From Lama glama (taxonomy: Eukaryota), in NCBI GenBank assembly GCA_028534125.1, contig CM052817.1, forward strand, positions 8,496,001 through 8,560,000: a stretch of DNA of 64,000 nt. Direction: 5' to 3'. Below, piece after piece: positions 12,974 through 26,570 of this stretch. The first letter of the stretch is position 1. Every line of letters starts with the position of its first letter. The notes beneath the pieces were generated by a model. That model worked only from the letters and a program-made list of their open reading frames with translations, was not told where the DNA came from and made no database searches. Position numbers and translations under genes: made by a program.

Positions 12974-13397
12974 CAAAAGTTTGTGGGTTCATTTCTGGGC
13001 TCTCTATTCTGTTCCATTGGTCTATATGTCTGTTTCTGTACCAATACCATGCTGTCTTGATGACTGTAGCTCTATAGTATTGTCTGAAGTCTGGGAGAGT
13101 TATTCCTCCAGCCTCTTTCTTTCTCTTCAGTAATGCTTTGGCAATTCTAGGTCTTTGATGGTTCCATATATATTTTATCATGATTTGTTCTAGTTCTGTG
13201 AAATATGTCCTGGGTGATTTGATAGGGACTGCATTAAATCTGCAGATTGCCTTGGGCGGTGTGACCATTTTAACAATATTGATTCTTCCAATCCAAGAGC
13301 ATGGAATATCTTTCCATTTTTTAAAGTCTTCTTTAATTTCCTTCATCAATGGTTTATAGTTTTCTGTGTATAATTCTTTCACCTCCTTGGTTAGATT
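12974..13397 (-). mobile_element. Internal L1 ORF2 fragment (C-terminal of the RT domain), frame open
   Basis: Translation [15 protein letters not shown]...[17 protein letters not shown]...[24 protein letters not shown]...[18 protein letters not shown] is clearly L1 ORF2p. Confidence 0.95.
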
Positions 13398-14893
13398 GCA
13401 TAAACAAAGGAACCCAAGAGGGACAGGATGGTTTATTCATCAAGTAAGTTCCTTTAGGCCAGAGCCTATGTCAGGTACTGGAGTGCCAGGGGAAGAGGCA
13501 AGAAATATAGGTCAAGAGCATCACTCTACAAGGGATACCTGTGACCCAGTCATCCTTGGAGTTGGTCTCCTTAAGACAAGAATCAGACTACAAAGGGATT
13601 ACAGTCAGGATTGCTTTTCTACTTACCTACAGTACCACCTTTGAGAAAGGCCTGTTACTGTCCCAGACTTTAACTGTAAAGAGCCTATTATGGGAATTAA
13701 AGCCAACTTTGTTGTTTTCCTACTACTTGAGTTTCTTGGAGTCTCTCTGTTTTCCACTTGCATCAGCTCTTAGAGGAATGAGTTTGGCTGCTTATTGACT
13801 GCTGCATAGTGCTTGGTTCTTCATCCTCATCTTGATATGGAGAACCACTATCATGAAAAGTCATTCTCCTTCACCCCCAACTTCACCTTCAGATAATTCC
13901 CTTAAGGTACCAGTCCTATCAGATAGGACTCGAAGTTTCTTTACCCCTCTAGGACTTGATGATTTAAATGACTGCATTTATCACCCAGATTCTCTCATCC
14001 TGAATTTCATCTTATTCTCTCTTCTTGTCCAGAGCTCCCAGCATGCCCCACAGGTCAGGTGATATGATCTAGGTCTCCAAGAATAGAGTCTTGACTTCAA
14101 AGGGTCTTTGGTAATGATTTGCTTTTTTCTTCCATACTAAAGCTAAGGTGACATGAATTTGTGGTCAAGTGACCAATATCAGATGAAGCTGTGAATTCTT
14201 CTGTCAGTGTTGATGATTGGCCAGTCTCTACCTAAAGCCCTTTGGGCTGTTTGAAAACTGGGGACGAGGAAAGCCTTGTGTAGCCTGTTTTAGGAACAAC
14301 TGGATTTCTTTTCTAAGGAAGAAGAGTGGAAGGAGGTCTTTTCCTCTCAAGTTCACAGGACTCCTCTTAAAACAGCCATCTGCCAAACAGTCCACCAGAT
14401 CTATATAGCTTACGTGACCACCTGCTGAAACTTTTGCTGGTAGTGCCTCCACCATCCTGTTGAATCAAGTCATGGCTGCTTGTCTGGGGGTTTCCTCTTC
14501 GGATATTCAGCAGGGCTGGGGATGTGGCTGCACTCCTTATGATGTATAATCTCAGGTGTCTCCCTAAAGCTCCTGCAGCATCATATAGACTTAGGGATAC
14601 ATTAAGAAACTTCTATACTTCTGTCAAAAATCTTCATGTCATTACAGTAAGGTAGATCTGTGCAATCTGTAGACCTTGCTGACAATTGCAAAGTGGCTCC
14701 TGCTTCTCACCAAGGAAGCTGAGAGAACCCTAAAGAAATGGCTCCTATCTTGCTTTCTATGTTATGTAGAGCAGGCAGCTAATGCTATATATCTATGCTC
14801 AATTTTCTGTTCTGTTGGCTTGAGAGCTCCTTGAGGGCAAAGACTAGCTATGTTTTCATTCAAAAAGTATTCACTGAGCACCTGTTTTTTACT

Positions 14894-14929
14894 TTGAATC
14901 TGTCTTTTGTCTTGAATCTGTCTTTTGTC
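14894..14929. repeat. Perfect 18-bp tandem duplication inside an L2 relic
   Basis: ttgaatctgtcttttgtc x2. Confidence 0.9.
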
Positions 14930-16721
14930 ACTTCACCCAGAGTATGGCCCATAAATGATGCTCAAAACCATTGTTAATGGCATGCATGGAAGGCCTGCCC
15001 TACTCAGGTGTCCTCACTCTTCCAACGTGTTGTTGCTGGCACCACGCTCACTTGCCTCCATGTGGCTGCAGTGGTCTAAGCTGAGACTCCGTGGTGATTA
15101 TTACGCCTGTGCATTGCTTCCTGCACAAATATTTTAGAAATAATCTTTAGCTTTAAGGCAAAAACAGCAAAGAATCTCTGAATCTTCAAAAAGGGAACCA
15201 GAAAAAAAATGCACTATTGCAGGAAATTGAGATGGATTTCCACCTGAATCCTAGCTCTTACAACATACCTGACATACCTGTTTATCATTCCTTTCAGGAT
15301 TAACTGTGGGTCTTTACACCATGTCTATTTCTCTTCTTTCTCTTTTCTTTACATTTAAGTTTTGATAAGCTTCTCTGTTCCTTGAACAGACACTGAGCCT
15401 TGGCCTCACACTAGCTTATTCTTATTCTTATGGTCTGTCTTATTCTGCCTACATCTGTCCAGATCTGATGCCCTCGCCTGCCTGCACACAGTTTGGTCTT
15501 GCTACATGGAGTGTTAAGTGAGAACCTACTCCAAGCCTGTAATGTGTAGCTCCTACAAGGCTGAGTTTGTGGTATTCACTCAGATGTCTCATGATTACTG
15601 GCTTGACTTACCTCTCCCTGCCTTCCTCAGTCTAGATCTGAACTCCCTAAGTTTTAGAATCTAAATACTCAAGGATTCCTTGCTCCTGTGTCACCTGGAA
15701 CTTTGGGTAATGACATTTATTTCTGCTGCCTCAATACCAAGGAATGGGCACTAGGAAGGCAGGTTTGTTGATAGACTCATTACCCTTGCTCTCACCCCCA
15801 TGCCTGGTATTCCTTTTCCAGGACAAGAATTGGACTTGTGTGATGACAGAGTGGGACACTTGGCTTTTAGTGTTAGAAGGGACCATTTTTCCCATATCTA
15901 CCTGTCCACTATTCAAGTTTGTCCATTTCCAGGGTCATAAAATACATTAATTTGATGATTATGTCTAAAATCTACAATTAGACAAGAAGAATCAAAGTGA
16001 AGTCACTGATGATGATTCTTTAGACATATTTTATGCAGACAAAATGCTGTACTAACGACAATGTTCTATTTTAAACCAGTGGTTTTGGGGGAAGGCTGAT
16101 AGAGCCTGAGTCTGCACATTGTTCCTCCCAAATGCATCATTCCAATGCTCTGGCTGCCAGAATGAACCTTTGTGCATCACTGCTCTGAAGTTTATCTGTA
16201 TCATACTGATAACAAGATTAAAAAAATACCACAGTCTAGGGAATGTTCTGAATTTGCTTCTTCAAGGACATTTTCTTATAAGGATAATGAAAATGTTGGC
16301 TATGAATATTTAACTCATATCACGCCTAATTTCTAACCGTATTTTAACATCTTTTTTTAAAGACTGTAGAAGGAATAGCCAGTCTCAGCACATGGGCAAG
16401 GGAATAGTTCTCTGAAGGCTACTATGGACCAAAACATTTTTTGATCAGGATCTTATACCTTCAGAGATCCATATTTCACTTAAAAACAGTATCTCTGAAG
16501 TGGTTTTACTTGCCCTTCTATTTCTAAAACATGGATTTTGTTTTTTATAATTTGAATAACAAAACTTTTGTCAAGACAATAATAAACAGCAATGAAACAA
16601 AACAAAACAGCAACGATTCAGCAGTCCCAGACATAAAGATGTGCTGGCATTGAGAGCAAGTTCAAATTCAATGAACATATAGGAGGGAGTACTGGGACTT
16701 TATTTAAAAAATAATGGGAGG

Positions 16722-16995
16722 GGACCACCCCTCCCATACCAAAATTGGCGGATGCTCGTGTCCTTTAGGTAAAATGGTGTGTATATGCATATACCCTACA
16801 CACATCCTTCGTCTACTTTAAATCATCTCTAAATTACTTATAATACCTAGTATAAGACAAATGCTATGTAAATGTGTGGCAAATTCAAGTTTTTCTTTTG
16901 GGAGCTTTCTAGAATTTTTATTCAGAATATTTTTGACCCACTGTTGGTTGAATCCATAAGTATGGATCCCAAAGATATGGGGAGGCAAAGGCACT
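16722..16995. mobile_element. TcMar-Tigger MITE (MER2/Tigger2-like)
   Basis: ataccaaaat...ggatgctc..gtcc..taaaatggtgt...tactttaaatcatctcta..ttacttataatacct...ttggttgaatcc. Confidence 0.75.
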
Positions 16996-18293
16996 TCTGT
17001 TCCCACGGTGATTAAGTTTGTACTTTCCCCTCTTCATCGCAGTCATGGCCAGGCAGTGGAAATGAAACCCTAACTGGTAACGTCTTTTTTTTTCCTTGAT
17101 TGTGACTTTATACACTAATTGTTCTCATGAAAACCCTGAGATGGCTTGCAACCAAAGCTGTGCTGTCAATCACTGACCATTAGATGAGAAACCTACGCTC
17201 AGGGATGTGGGCTTCGTCCTGCAGCCGTGTCCCTGTGGGGGATGCCGCAGGGGGGTGCACTGCTCAGGCCTGAGTTTTAGCACAGTATCCCTGGTCCAGG
17301 AGCAAACAAGTTTCAGGAGGATGGGGGTCTGGATATTGAGGCTGATTGGAGGCTCTGCAGATGGAGATTTCCCTGAGCTTGGAGGCAATGTAGGAGGCCG
17401 AGATCTTCCTGCTTCACCGGGGCAGGCTGGGTGTGCACATATATCCAGGGTTTTCCTGCAATTCTCCTCTCATTTAGACACCGATAAGTGCTGCTTTGTG
17501 AAATGTGATTGCTGTCTACCCACAGGTACCATGACTAGAATCTCTTCAACGTTGACAGAAAGGCCCAAGTCACTCTTTTTTGAAGAAATATAACAGCGTT
17601 ACAAAAACTGTATCATATTTAAATGTTTGCATTGAAGTATTTATCCTGTCTTCAATTAAACATTTTGCAAGTGCAGAAGTACAAAGGAAGAAAATAGCTA
17701 CTACATTAGTACAAGACTAGCTCACAGTGTACTACAGGGGGCATTATAAGCTTAAGATAAAATGACGAATGATTTCATTCAGCCCTGATGATCTCTCCCT
17801 GGGATGGTGTGAATAATCTGAACAGCCCCTTCTAGAATGGTTGAAGGCCTTGGAGAAGTTGAAGCCCAGGCCTAGATTAAGGGCTCCCTTCTTTCCTCCC
17901 ACCCCCAGGCTCACCCACTCTTCACACCCCCATCATGGGTGATAAGCCTTGATCATGGGTCTGAGAGGGACTGGCTCTAACCAGCCAACTGACTTCTCAG
18001 CAGGGTTTGGCTCACAGGGAAGGGGTAGAGTGGGGAATTCGTTCATTCGATGAGCCCTGATTCTGAAAGGGTCCCGTCTGCTAAATGTCGACCTAATGAT
18101 AAACAATGGAAACCTGGCTGACTCTGCACAGGACATTCCTTCTGCTCCCAACAATTCTCTAGTGACTCATCTATAAAATAGGTGTAATTAATATTTTACC
18201 TATCTAAAGCAGAGACATGGATTGAACAACTTTTTGGAATCCCTTCTAGCTGTAAGGTTGGTGCATCTGAGGAAGAGACAGCAGGTTGGAGAG

Positions 18294-18486
18294 CAGTGCT
18301 TTTTGAAGTGGGTCCTCTGGCCAGCAGAATGAGCATCACCTGGGAACTTGCTGGAAATGCATGATCCTGGGCCCCACTCCAGACTTACTGAATCATAAAC
18401 TTGAGGGTGGGGCCCAGCAAACTATTTTAACAAGCCATCAGGGGGGTTCTGATACATGCCTAAGTTTGAGAAGCTCTTAATTTAGA
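18294..18486. mobile_element. MER5A hAT-Charlie MITE
   Basis: cagcag..agcatcacctgggaacttg..gaaatgca...gggccccac.ccagac.tactgaatca...gtggggcccagcaa...ttttaacaagcc...aagtttgagaa. Confidence 0.9.
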
Positions 18487-18635
18487 GAATGAGCAATATT
18501 TCTTCCATGGGGGATGACTTAGTCATTTAAACTCTCTGAGCCCCAGTTTCTTCACTCACCAAAGTGAAGTAATTCTGTCTCTTTCAATTGATTCGCACAT
18601 GTTTTAAATGACATAATGGTACCTAAGACATAGTA

Positions 18636-18677
18636 GGTGCTCAAAAAATGTTAGTTGGTGCTCAAAAAATGTTAGTT
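18636..18677. repeat. Perfect 21-bp tandem duplication
   Basis: ggtgctcaaaaaatgttagtt x2. Confidence 0.9.
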
Positions 18678-21454
18678 GGAGTCAAAGGACCAGAAAGGTG
18701 AGATTGAAAAAAAAAAAAGAAAAGGAATGAGAACCCAGTCTTCATTTTTTCCTTATATAACATCTTTAGCATTATATAATTTGCAATTTGCATGCAAAAC
18801 ACCCCACCTCGGGGCATCATAGAAACCTTGAAAAATCCAATATTATGCAGACAGCCCGAGATTCTGGCTGCTAAACCAGGCTTAAAAAACTAATTTTCCC
18901 TCTTTAAGGAAGTGACATTTGTGCATTCACCACAGCAGTAATAAATTTAGGCTTTTTTAAAAAACCACCCCCTGCCGTACATGAGGTTATTATTTTTATC
19001 AATAGGAAAGCCATTTCTTTCTGAATATTTGGAGCTGTTTTTGAATCTCTTCTTTCGTCCACACTGTAGTTATCAGCAGAGTAAACAGCTCATTAGGAAA
19101 AAAAAAAAAGCCAACAAAACCGAAAACCGTTTTTAATGGTAGAAATGTGATTAGAGCATTTAATTAGACTCCAGAAAGTGCACTTTCCATTAATAACTGG
19201 GGATACATTCCATGTCAATTAAAAAAGGATTAACATTGCAGGCTTGAAAATTTGGACTTAGACGTAGCCTGAATATCAAGGCTGTTTTTATTAGTGGGCT
19301 ATGCCGGGGAAGTGCCCAGAGAGCACAGAAGTCTTCTTAGGCATTTTCCAGGGATGTGGAAAGCCCCTTCATCCTCACAGGTGGGGCAAGGCTGGTCTCC
19401 TTGGAGGGTGTAAGGGACTGACCTCTGAGATGCAGGTGTGAGTTTAAAAGAATGGGGAGGGTCACTATGAGGTGGAGTCGGGGGTTGATCAAGTGACTTC
19501 AACTCTGCCTCTTCCTTTTGGTGCCAGCCCTTTAACTCCTTTTCCTCCCACCCATTTAAGACACCAGGGGCAGAGTGTTTCCCTTTAAATCTCCACGTCA
19601 ATGTGAGCTAGAAATTTCTTCCTCTCTCATGGTCTGTTTTACACACAGAGAAGTTATTTTTACTGGCTATTGATTTGATATAAAATGGGAGTTTGAAGTG
19701 AAGAAGACATTGTGCTCAAAATTCCCCAAAGAACTTAAGTTCTAGAGGGATGCTGATGAGGTCAGAGGGTAAATACTCTCCATGTCCAATGGAGCATTGA
19801 AGATCATGAGAAGTGAGGAAACTCTTCTCTAGTCCAAGGACACAAGGGTCTGGCTTGAAAAAGAAGACAAAGCTGTATATCCAGAAGTCAGGTAAGTATT
19901 AGAATGGACAGAGTGAAACAGAGTCAAGAGAGGGGACCAAGAACATTCCCTTGTTCGATAAATATTGATTAAGTGCCTACTATGCAGTCAGGCACTGTTC
20001 CCCATGGAATTGAAAATGAACTCATTTTTTATTGGCCTTGACTTAATGGCTCTGCAGACAACCTAAAATAAGGGTAGACAATTAAGTCCTTACCGTTTAC
20101 AAAGACCTTCCCATGTTTTAACTCATTTGACTCTGATGGGAGGTAAGCAAGGTAGGTTTTGTTAACCATATTTTAGAAATAATGACATTGAGATCTCTGA
20201 AGGAACAAATGTGTAGAAGCAGGAGGCTATCCCAGCTTTCCAGATTCCAGTCCCCACGGTCTTTTCATTGTACCCTGGGCAGTCCCAGGATGATTTAACT
20301 CCTCCTTGGCATACCCAGGAAGTTGGAAGAGGCATTTAGACCCTCCCAGGTCCTATAGGAGACCCAGTAAAGCCATAATCGTGAACCTCACCCGTTGGCC
20401 ATATGTTGTTGTAAGGAGGAGTGAAAAAATGGAAGTCAAAGCTCATTACTTTATTTAGAATATTCTTGGAGCACTTACGAAGTGGCAGGCACCATGTTAG
20501 GTACTTTTACTACAGAGATGCCAAGGACACAAAGGAGGATGGAAATATAGCACAGTGTCACTTAGGTAGAAGTGTGACAACGCTGCAGAATCATGCCATC
20601 TGTGCTCATGGAGGTACGTGTATAAAAGTCAGTGCACGGAAGGTGTTTCTCTTTTTCTTTCTTTTTTTCCTCCTAATCTCCACTAACCAACAGAGTGGAT
20701 CGTGACAAGAGGAGGGAGGAAAGTTTGGGGAACAGGATGGAGCTAAAAAGACAAAGAAAGTGGGGTCATGCATGGACTGCTGTTGATGCTGAGCACAATC
20801 TGAGACAAATGACTGAAGGCACCCTTCAGGTTGGGAGTCCCTGAAGTCCAGCAAAGGCAGAGATGAATTAAGAACTCATGGGCTCCTTGGAGGGAACACA
20901 TGAGTCAACAAGTACCTGCCATAGTGGACTCCTCGTCAGATTTTGGGCTTCCTATTTTATGCAAGTGTTTTCTTAAGAGCTCAGCCTGGGCTTGGGGTTG
21001 CTTCTGGGCCAGGGAGGGATTTGTTTGGTGTTGGCCCTGTTGGGCCTATTAAACTGAAGTTGCAAATGCATGAGGTTGAAGTGTGAACACGCTCCCGCTC
21101 TTAGCCGTGTCGTGGTTTGGAGAGGATGGCGGGCGGCCCCTGCTATTCTTGGCTGCGGGGACTTTCTCCTACATGAAATCTCCCGAGGAACATCATGTTC
21201 CAGCACGTTGTAAATGAAGGCAAGAGAGCATTTAATAGCACCCAGGACTCAAATAACTTTGTCTTTTGTGCATAAGCAGAGCACTGGAGGAGGAGAGAGG
21301 AGAGAGCCGAGGCTCCCGCCCCCTCCCAGGGTACCTGCAAGGGGAAAAATCTCTGTAACAGTGATCATTTGGAAAGGTTACAAAATGCCTTTTTTTTTCC
21401 TTTTCTTTCCTGGAAATATCTCAGTGGCTGTGTCTCACCAGCAGGTCCTGAGCT

Positions 21455-21780
21455 CCGTCTGTTTGTCTCCGTCTCTGATTCTTTCCACGACTCTCTCTTT
21501 CTGAGTCTGTCTTTTGGCCCCTCTCTTCCCTGTCTGTTTCTGTATGTGTCTCTGTTTACCTGTCTTTGTCTCTCAGATTCTCTGATTCTCCCTCTTTCCC
21601 ATCTCACTCTCTGACTGTGTATCATCCATTTCCCTCCCTATTTCTTTCTCTCTGCCTCTCTGTGGTTCCCTCTCTGCCTCTGTCTCTCTGACCGTTTCTC
21701 CGTTCTCTCCCTCATTCTCTCTCTCTCCCTCATCCCTTCTCTCATTCGTCCTTTTTCTTCCACCTCGTTCCCTCTCCACA
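21455..21780. repeat. CT-rich low-complexity tract
   Basis: Degenerate (CT/TCTG)n, seen directly in the sequence. Confidence 0.85.
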
Positions 21781-23194
21781 TTGCTCCAGAATTCCTGTAA
21801 AAATCTGAGCAGCTGTTAGGTCCTGAGAGAATGTAAAGAAGCAACGTTGCCCCAACTAAATGACTATAGTTCAGGTCTATGGACATTCCATAGGATCTCC
21901 TTCCTTGCCTGCTACCCCATTTCTTTAAAGGTTTAGCTGACATCATATCCATGCATTTGTGCCACGGCATCCTAGAACAGCAGATGAAAGGATCTTCAGA
22001 TGCATAGAGCCCTGATCTTCACCTCTCACATGGAGAAACTGAGGACCACAGGAAAAGTGACTTATTCAAGAGCCCACAGACTATCCATCTCAGAATCAAG
22101 ATTGAAATTAGTATTTCTGAACACCAGCTCGAAGTTCAAAGAAATATTTGATTAATCAAGCTGTCAATTCTCTAAATATATTTAATTAAACATGCCATCA
22201 GCAATATCTTAGATTAGATTCCAGGACAGTGGATGGAATGTAACGTGTGATCTGTACCCTTGATAACCTACAATCTATATGAGGAAGATATGTGTTAGAG
22301 TGTTAGGGAACATACAAATAACAGCTCTTTTTTCCCTCCTGAATTTAGTGAGTAAAAGGCAATAAGGTATGGGGAAGATGGAGATGAAACGATTAGTTTT
22401 ATTACCAGTGAATAATTGGAGAATATGGCTTAGAATAAAGCCAATGAGCTTGGTCATCCACTCTACCTCAAGTCAAGACCTTAGGATGATCCCTTGAAGG
22501 GAAGTTTAGGTCCACCAGGCAGACACAGCCGTGCAGGATCTTCACCTCCTGCCAGATCTGGGTAGAAAGGAAATGGGAGAATGAATCCCTTAGATTTGCA
22601 CATTCTTAATAGACTGGCTACACCAAAAAAGAAATGTGGGCCAGTGACTACTAGCCCCCTCCCCCCAATCTCCTCTACCTGCTGGGGAGATAAACCAGGG
22701 AAACTCCTACGTGAAACCATAAGATTGGGAGAAAACAGGGAAAAGTGAAGGCCCCACCTCCTAAAACCTCCCAGGAATTTTAGTTCTTCTCATCTATGGA
22801 TCTCAACAACTAGGTCTGTAATCAATCAAGGGTTACACTATAAGAATAAGAGTTCGCTGTGATCCCTTGTGAAAAATCAGTAGCACATAAGGACTGTCTG
22901 GTTACTGTCTTTCTGGGCCAGCTCTCAGAACTTCCGCTTTCAATGAGGACAGTATCCCCCTAAGGGTGATTCTTAGGGTGAGGAGGGCAAAAAATCTAAA
23001 AAGCTCTTGGGGGAAATTATATTGGCCCCACTGAGAATGCATGTGTGAGGGAGCTGGCCCAGAAGATGATGGTAATAATTAAAAAAAACTGATAAACACT
23101 GTCTTAATAATAATCTTGATGAAGATATGTGTCTTCCAGGAGCCACAAGTGTGCAGCTTGGTTCTTGCCCTAGAAAGCTGTGAGGTCAGCAGAA

Positions 23195-23226
<32 letters not shown>

Positions 23227-23313
23227 AAGAAAGGAAAGTGCTTGTATCCAGCAAACAGTGTCTTTTAGGAGAGAAAAGACCTGCCTAAGATGTGGGTTGA
23301 AATGCTGAAAGTT

Positions 23314-24253
23314 ACAGATGGCCAGTAGGCACATGAAAAGATGCTGAATATCACAAATTATCAGGAAAATGCAAATCAAAACTACAATGAGGCACCACCT
23401 CACTCAGGTCAGAATGGCCATCATTCAAATCCCACAAATGATAAATGCTGGAAAGCATGTGGGGAAGAGGAAACCCTCTTACAATGTTGGTGGGAATACA
23501 GTTTGGTGCAGCCACTATGGAAAACAGTATGGAGAATCCTTAAAAAACTAAAGATGGACTTACCATATGATCCAGCGATCCCATTACTGGGCATATATCC
23601 AGAGAAAACTCAAATTCCAAAGGATACATGCACCAAAATATTCATAGCAGAACTATTTACAGTAGTCAAGGCATGGAAGTGACATAAATGTCCATGCACA
23701 GATGGCTGAATAAGGAAGATGTGATACACACACACACACACACACACACAAATGGAGTACTACTCAGCCATAAAAAGAATGAAATGATGCCATCTGAGCA
23801 ACACGGATGGACCTAGAGATCATACTAAGTGAAGTAAATCCAACAGAGAAAGACAAATATCATAGGATATCACTTATATATGAAAACTGATATAAATTAT
23901 ATAAAATGATATAAATGACATAAATGATATAAAATGATATAACTGATATAAATGAACTTATTTACAAAAGAGAAACAGACTTACAGACAGGGAAAACAAG
24001 CTTATGGTTACCAAAGGGGAAAGGTAGGGGGAGGGATAAATTAGGAGTTTGGGATGAGCAGATATAAACTAATATATAAAAAATAGATAGACAACAAGAT
24101 CCTACTATATAGCACCGGGAACTATATTCAATATCTTTTAATGATCTATAATGAAAAAGAATATATATATATATATAAAATAATGAATCACTGTGCTGTA
24201 CCTAGAAACTAACACAATGTTGTAAATCAAATACATTTAAATAAAAAAATATT
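23314..24253 (+). mobile_element. 5'-truncated L1 (ORF2 C-terminus plus 3' UTR)
   Basis: Frames give MQIKTTMRHHLT.VRMAII and [34 protein letters not shown]-rich tail; degenerate TSD gaaatgctgaaagtt (23299-23313) / aaaatgttggaaatt (24254-24268). Confidence 0.92.
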
Positions 24254-24395
24254 AAAATGTTGGAAATTAGCCAAACCTTCTGAGAAGGGAGATGAACATT
24301 GTAGAGGGAAGTGGTAATTCCTTCCAAAGCACTAGGGGATATTACAGTAAGAAATTTGACCCAAGGCTTAAAATTTTCAAAACCTAGAGAAAGAC

Positions 24396-24537
24396 CAGGA
24401 CAGAAACAAGGGTGAGGCAAGTGAGGTACCTGGGGTATAAAATGTAAGGACCTGGCACTTACATGACCTGACAGTGGGCCGCTCCTTAAATGTTGCCTCC
24501 AAGGTGCCTCATTTGCCTCAGCCTAGTCCCAGCCCTG
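24396..24537. mobile_element. hAT (Tip100-like, possibly MER96) palindromic MITE
   Basis: Long imperfect inverted repeats (cagg..gggtgaggcaagtgagg / cctcatttgcctcagcctag..ccctg); perfect 8-bp TSD agaaagac at 24388-24395 / 24538-24545. Confidence 0.85.
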
Positions 24538-25934
24538 AGAAAGACAGGCACTTGTGTTGCCCACGGCAGAGTTCTAGGTCTTCATCAACCCCCTGGGGGC
24601 TCAGGAGCTAGAAACTTTGCCGGATACTTTGGTTCAGGAACGTGCAGGAGCTGAAGGTCCAGCTGAACAAATGGGCAGACAAGAAGGACATTTTCCCCGC
24701 AGGGAAGGTGTTTTAGTCTAGGCAGTCATGCAGCAAAGAGATATGGTGTCTTCAACTTCATTTACATTAGCTGGTAGGTTCTTCATTGGGAAAATCTGCA
24801 TTCTTTATGTAGAATAAAGCACTGCTCCTTTCCATATTATCATTGCAGGTGTGTGGTGAGGGAGTTGAGGACCAGGGTAAGATTACATAGTACATTTTGC
24901 TGTAGTCGGGACTGGGATCCACATCTGCCATCTGAATCAACAGGAGTGATTTAACAATCACCATTGTTACTGTGAGTTAACAATAAATGGGTTTCTAATA
25001 AAGGAACTGGCCAAGCCACAAAATGGTGGTGAATGCAAAAATTAAAAAAAAAAGGTGATTCTTTTTATATAAACAGATTATTTTTGTATTGATGATTTTC
25101 TGGTGTGAGGAGCTGTAAATTTAGACACAAAAGAGGCACTGGATGTGTGTGTGCATGTGCACACGTGCTCAGCATACGTGTAAGTGGCTGAAGGTGATTT
25201 GACTTAATTATATGCCTCATTCACTCAGACAGAGGAAAATAGAAATTAACTTCTATTGTTTCACTAATTCTACCCCTTCGTTTCAATCTTCACAACGATG
25301 CCTTTGAATATAGATCCTTTATCTAAAGTGGCCATAATTGCAGGGGCTCCTCCCCTGACAATTCTGTTTCAAGCAGCGTTCACAAAATGCTCCTTTCCCA
25401 ATGATCACGTTTCAGAATCAACAGTCCCCAGGACTGTTGCCACCAAGTTTCCTTTCTGCAGATGTGGATGCACCCTCCCTAAAAGCTGAATGAACGAACC
25501 TCCTTGGAGATTACCTTCAAGCTGACCTGTCTTCCTCCTTATCTGTTTTGTTAATAGGTTTCAATTTTCAGATACTGTACAAATGAGAGGAGTCAAAAAT
25601 TATTTTCAGGACATGGATATTTTCAGGACCTCCTGAAGGAGCTCTGAAAATGCAGAGTTTGAATTCCATATCTGATGACTGACTCATTTGATCACTGTGC
25701 ACTGAGCCCGTGCAAGGCACTGGGAAGGATGTGCAGTCAGAGGAGGTGAGGTCCAGAGGGCTTAGGGCATCCGCACTCACCCCGGAACCCGCTTCGTGCT
25801 TCCATGTGGCCACACACCACTCACCGCCTCTCCCCTGCCTGCGGTGCCCTCCTAATTTCAGTCTGGGGCTCCCAAACTTATTTGTCCCTTGCATCTTTAG
25901 GATTCCTCCTTTAGCGAGGTTGTTTGGTTGACCT

Positions 25935-26100
25935 TGCTGGCGTTTCTTAACCTCTCTCTCAGTTTTATGATCTGTAAAACTGGGATAATAGTGGTTCCAG
26001 TCTCTTTGACATGTGACATGTGTAGGAATGAAAAGAGTTAATGCATCAAGCTTCTAGAACAGCATCTGGTAGAAAGTACGTGTTTTTACAACTGTAAGTA
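25935..26100 (+). mobile_element. MIR relic
   Basis: cttaacctctct.tcagtttt..atctgtaaaactgggataatag. Confidence 0.7.
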
Positions 26101-26200
26101 GCTGTTATTTGTGTTGTATTGTTTATTTGATGGGGGAGGGGATGGAAAGAACAGAACAGGGAAGCAACAAAGAACTTCCAAGAGAGTCAAAGTCAGCAGG

Positions 26201-26570
26201 TGCTGTGGACTGAATTGTGTGCCCCCAAAATTCATAGGTTGAAACTCTAATCCCCACAATGCGATGTATTTGGAGCTGAGACTGTTAGGAGACACTCAGG
26301 TTTTAAATGAGGTTGTGGTGGTGGGGTCTGCATAATGGGACTAAGTGCCCTATAAGAAGAGACCAAGGGGCTTACTCTCCCTCTTTTTGTTATGTTACAA
26401 TAAAGCAAGAAGGCAGCTGTCTGCAAGCCAAGAAGAGAGCTCTCACCAGGACCCGACCATGCTGGCACCCTGATATCAGACTTTCCAGCCCCTAAACAGT
26501 GAGAAGTAAATGCTTCTTGTTTAATTCTCCCAGCCTATGGCATTTTGCTATAGTAGCTCTGGATAAAATA
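26201..26570 (+). mobile_element. MLT1B-like MaLR LTR
   Basis: tgctgtggactgaattgtgtgcccccaaaattcata...catgctggcaccctgat.tcagactt.ccagcc. Confidence 0.85.

Noticed and set aside
12744..13382. Longest ORF (212 aa) as a host gene
   Set aside because: About two-thirds is L1 ORF2; the rest is read-through into flanking L2-like DNA.
21365..21970. Glu/Arg-rich ORFs
   Set aside because: Derived from the CT-rich low-complexity tract.
23191..23238. A-rich tract as the tail of another retrocopy
   Set aside because: No nearby poly-A signal or matching TSD found.
23881..23956. Short tgatataaa repeats as an array of special function
   Set aside because: Slippage expansion inside an L1 3' UTR; no spacers, and the context is eukaryotic.
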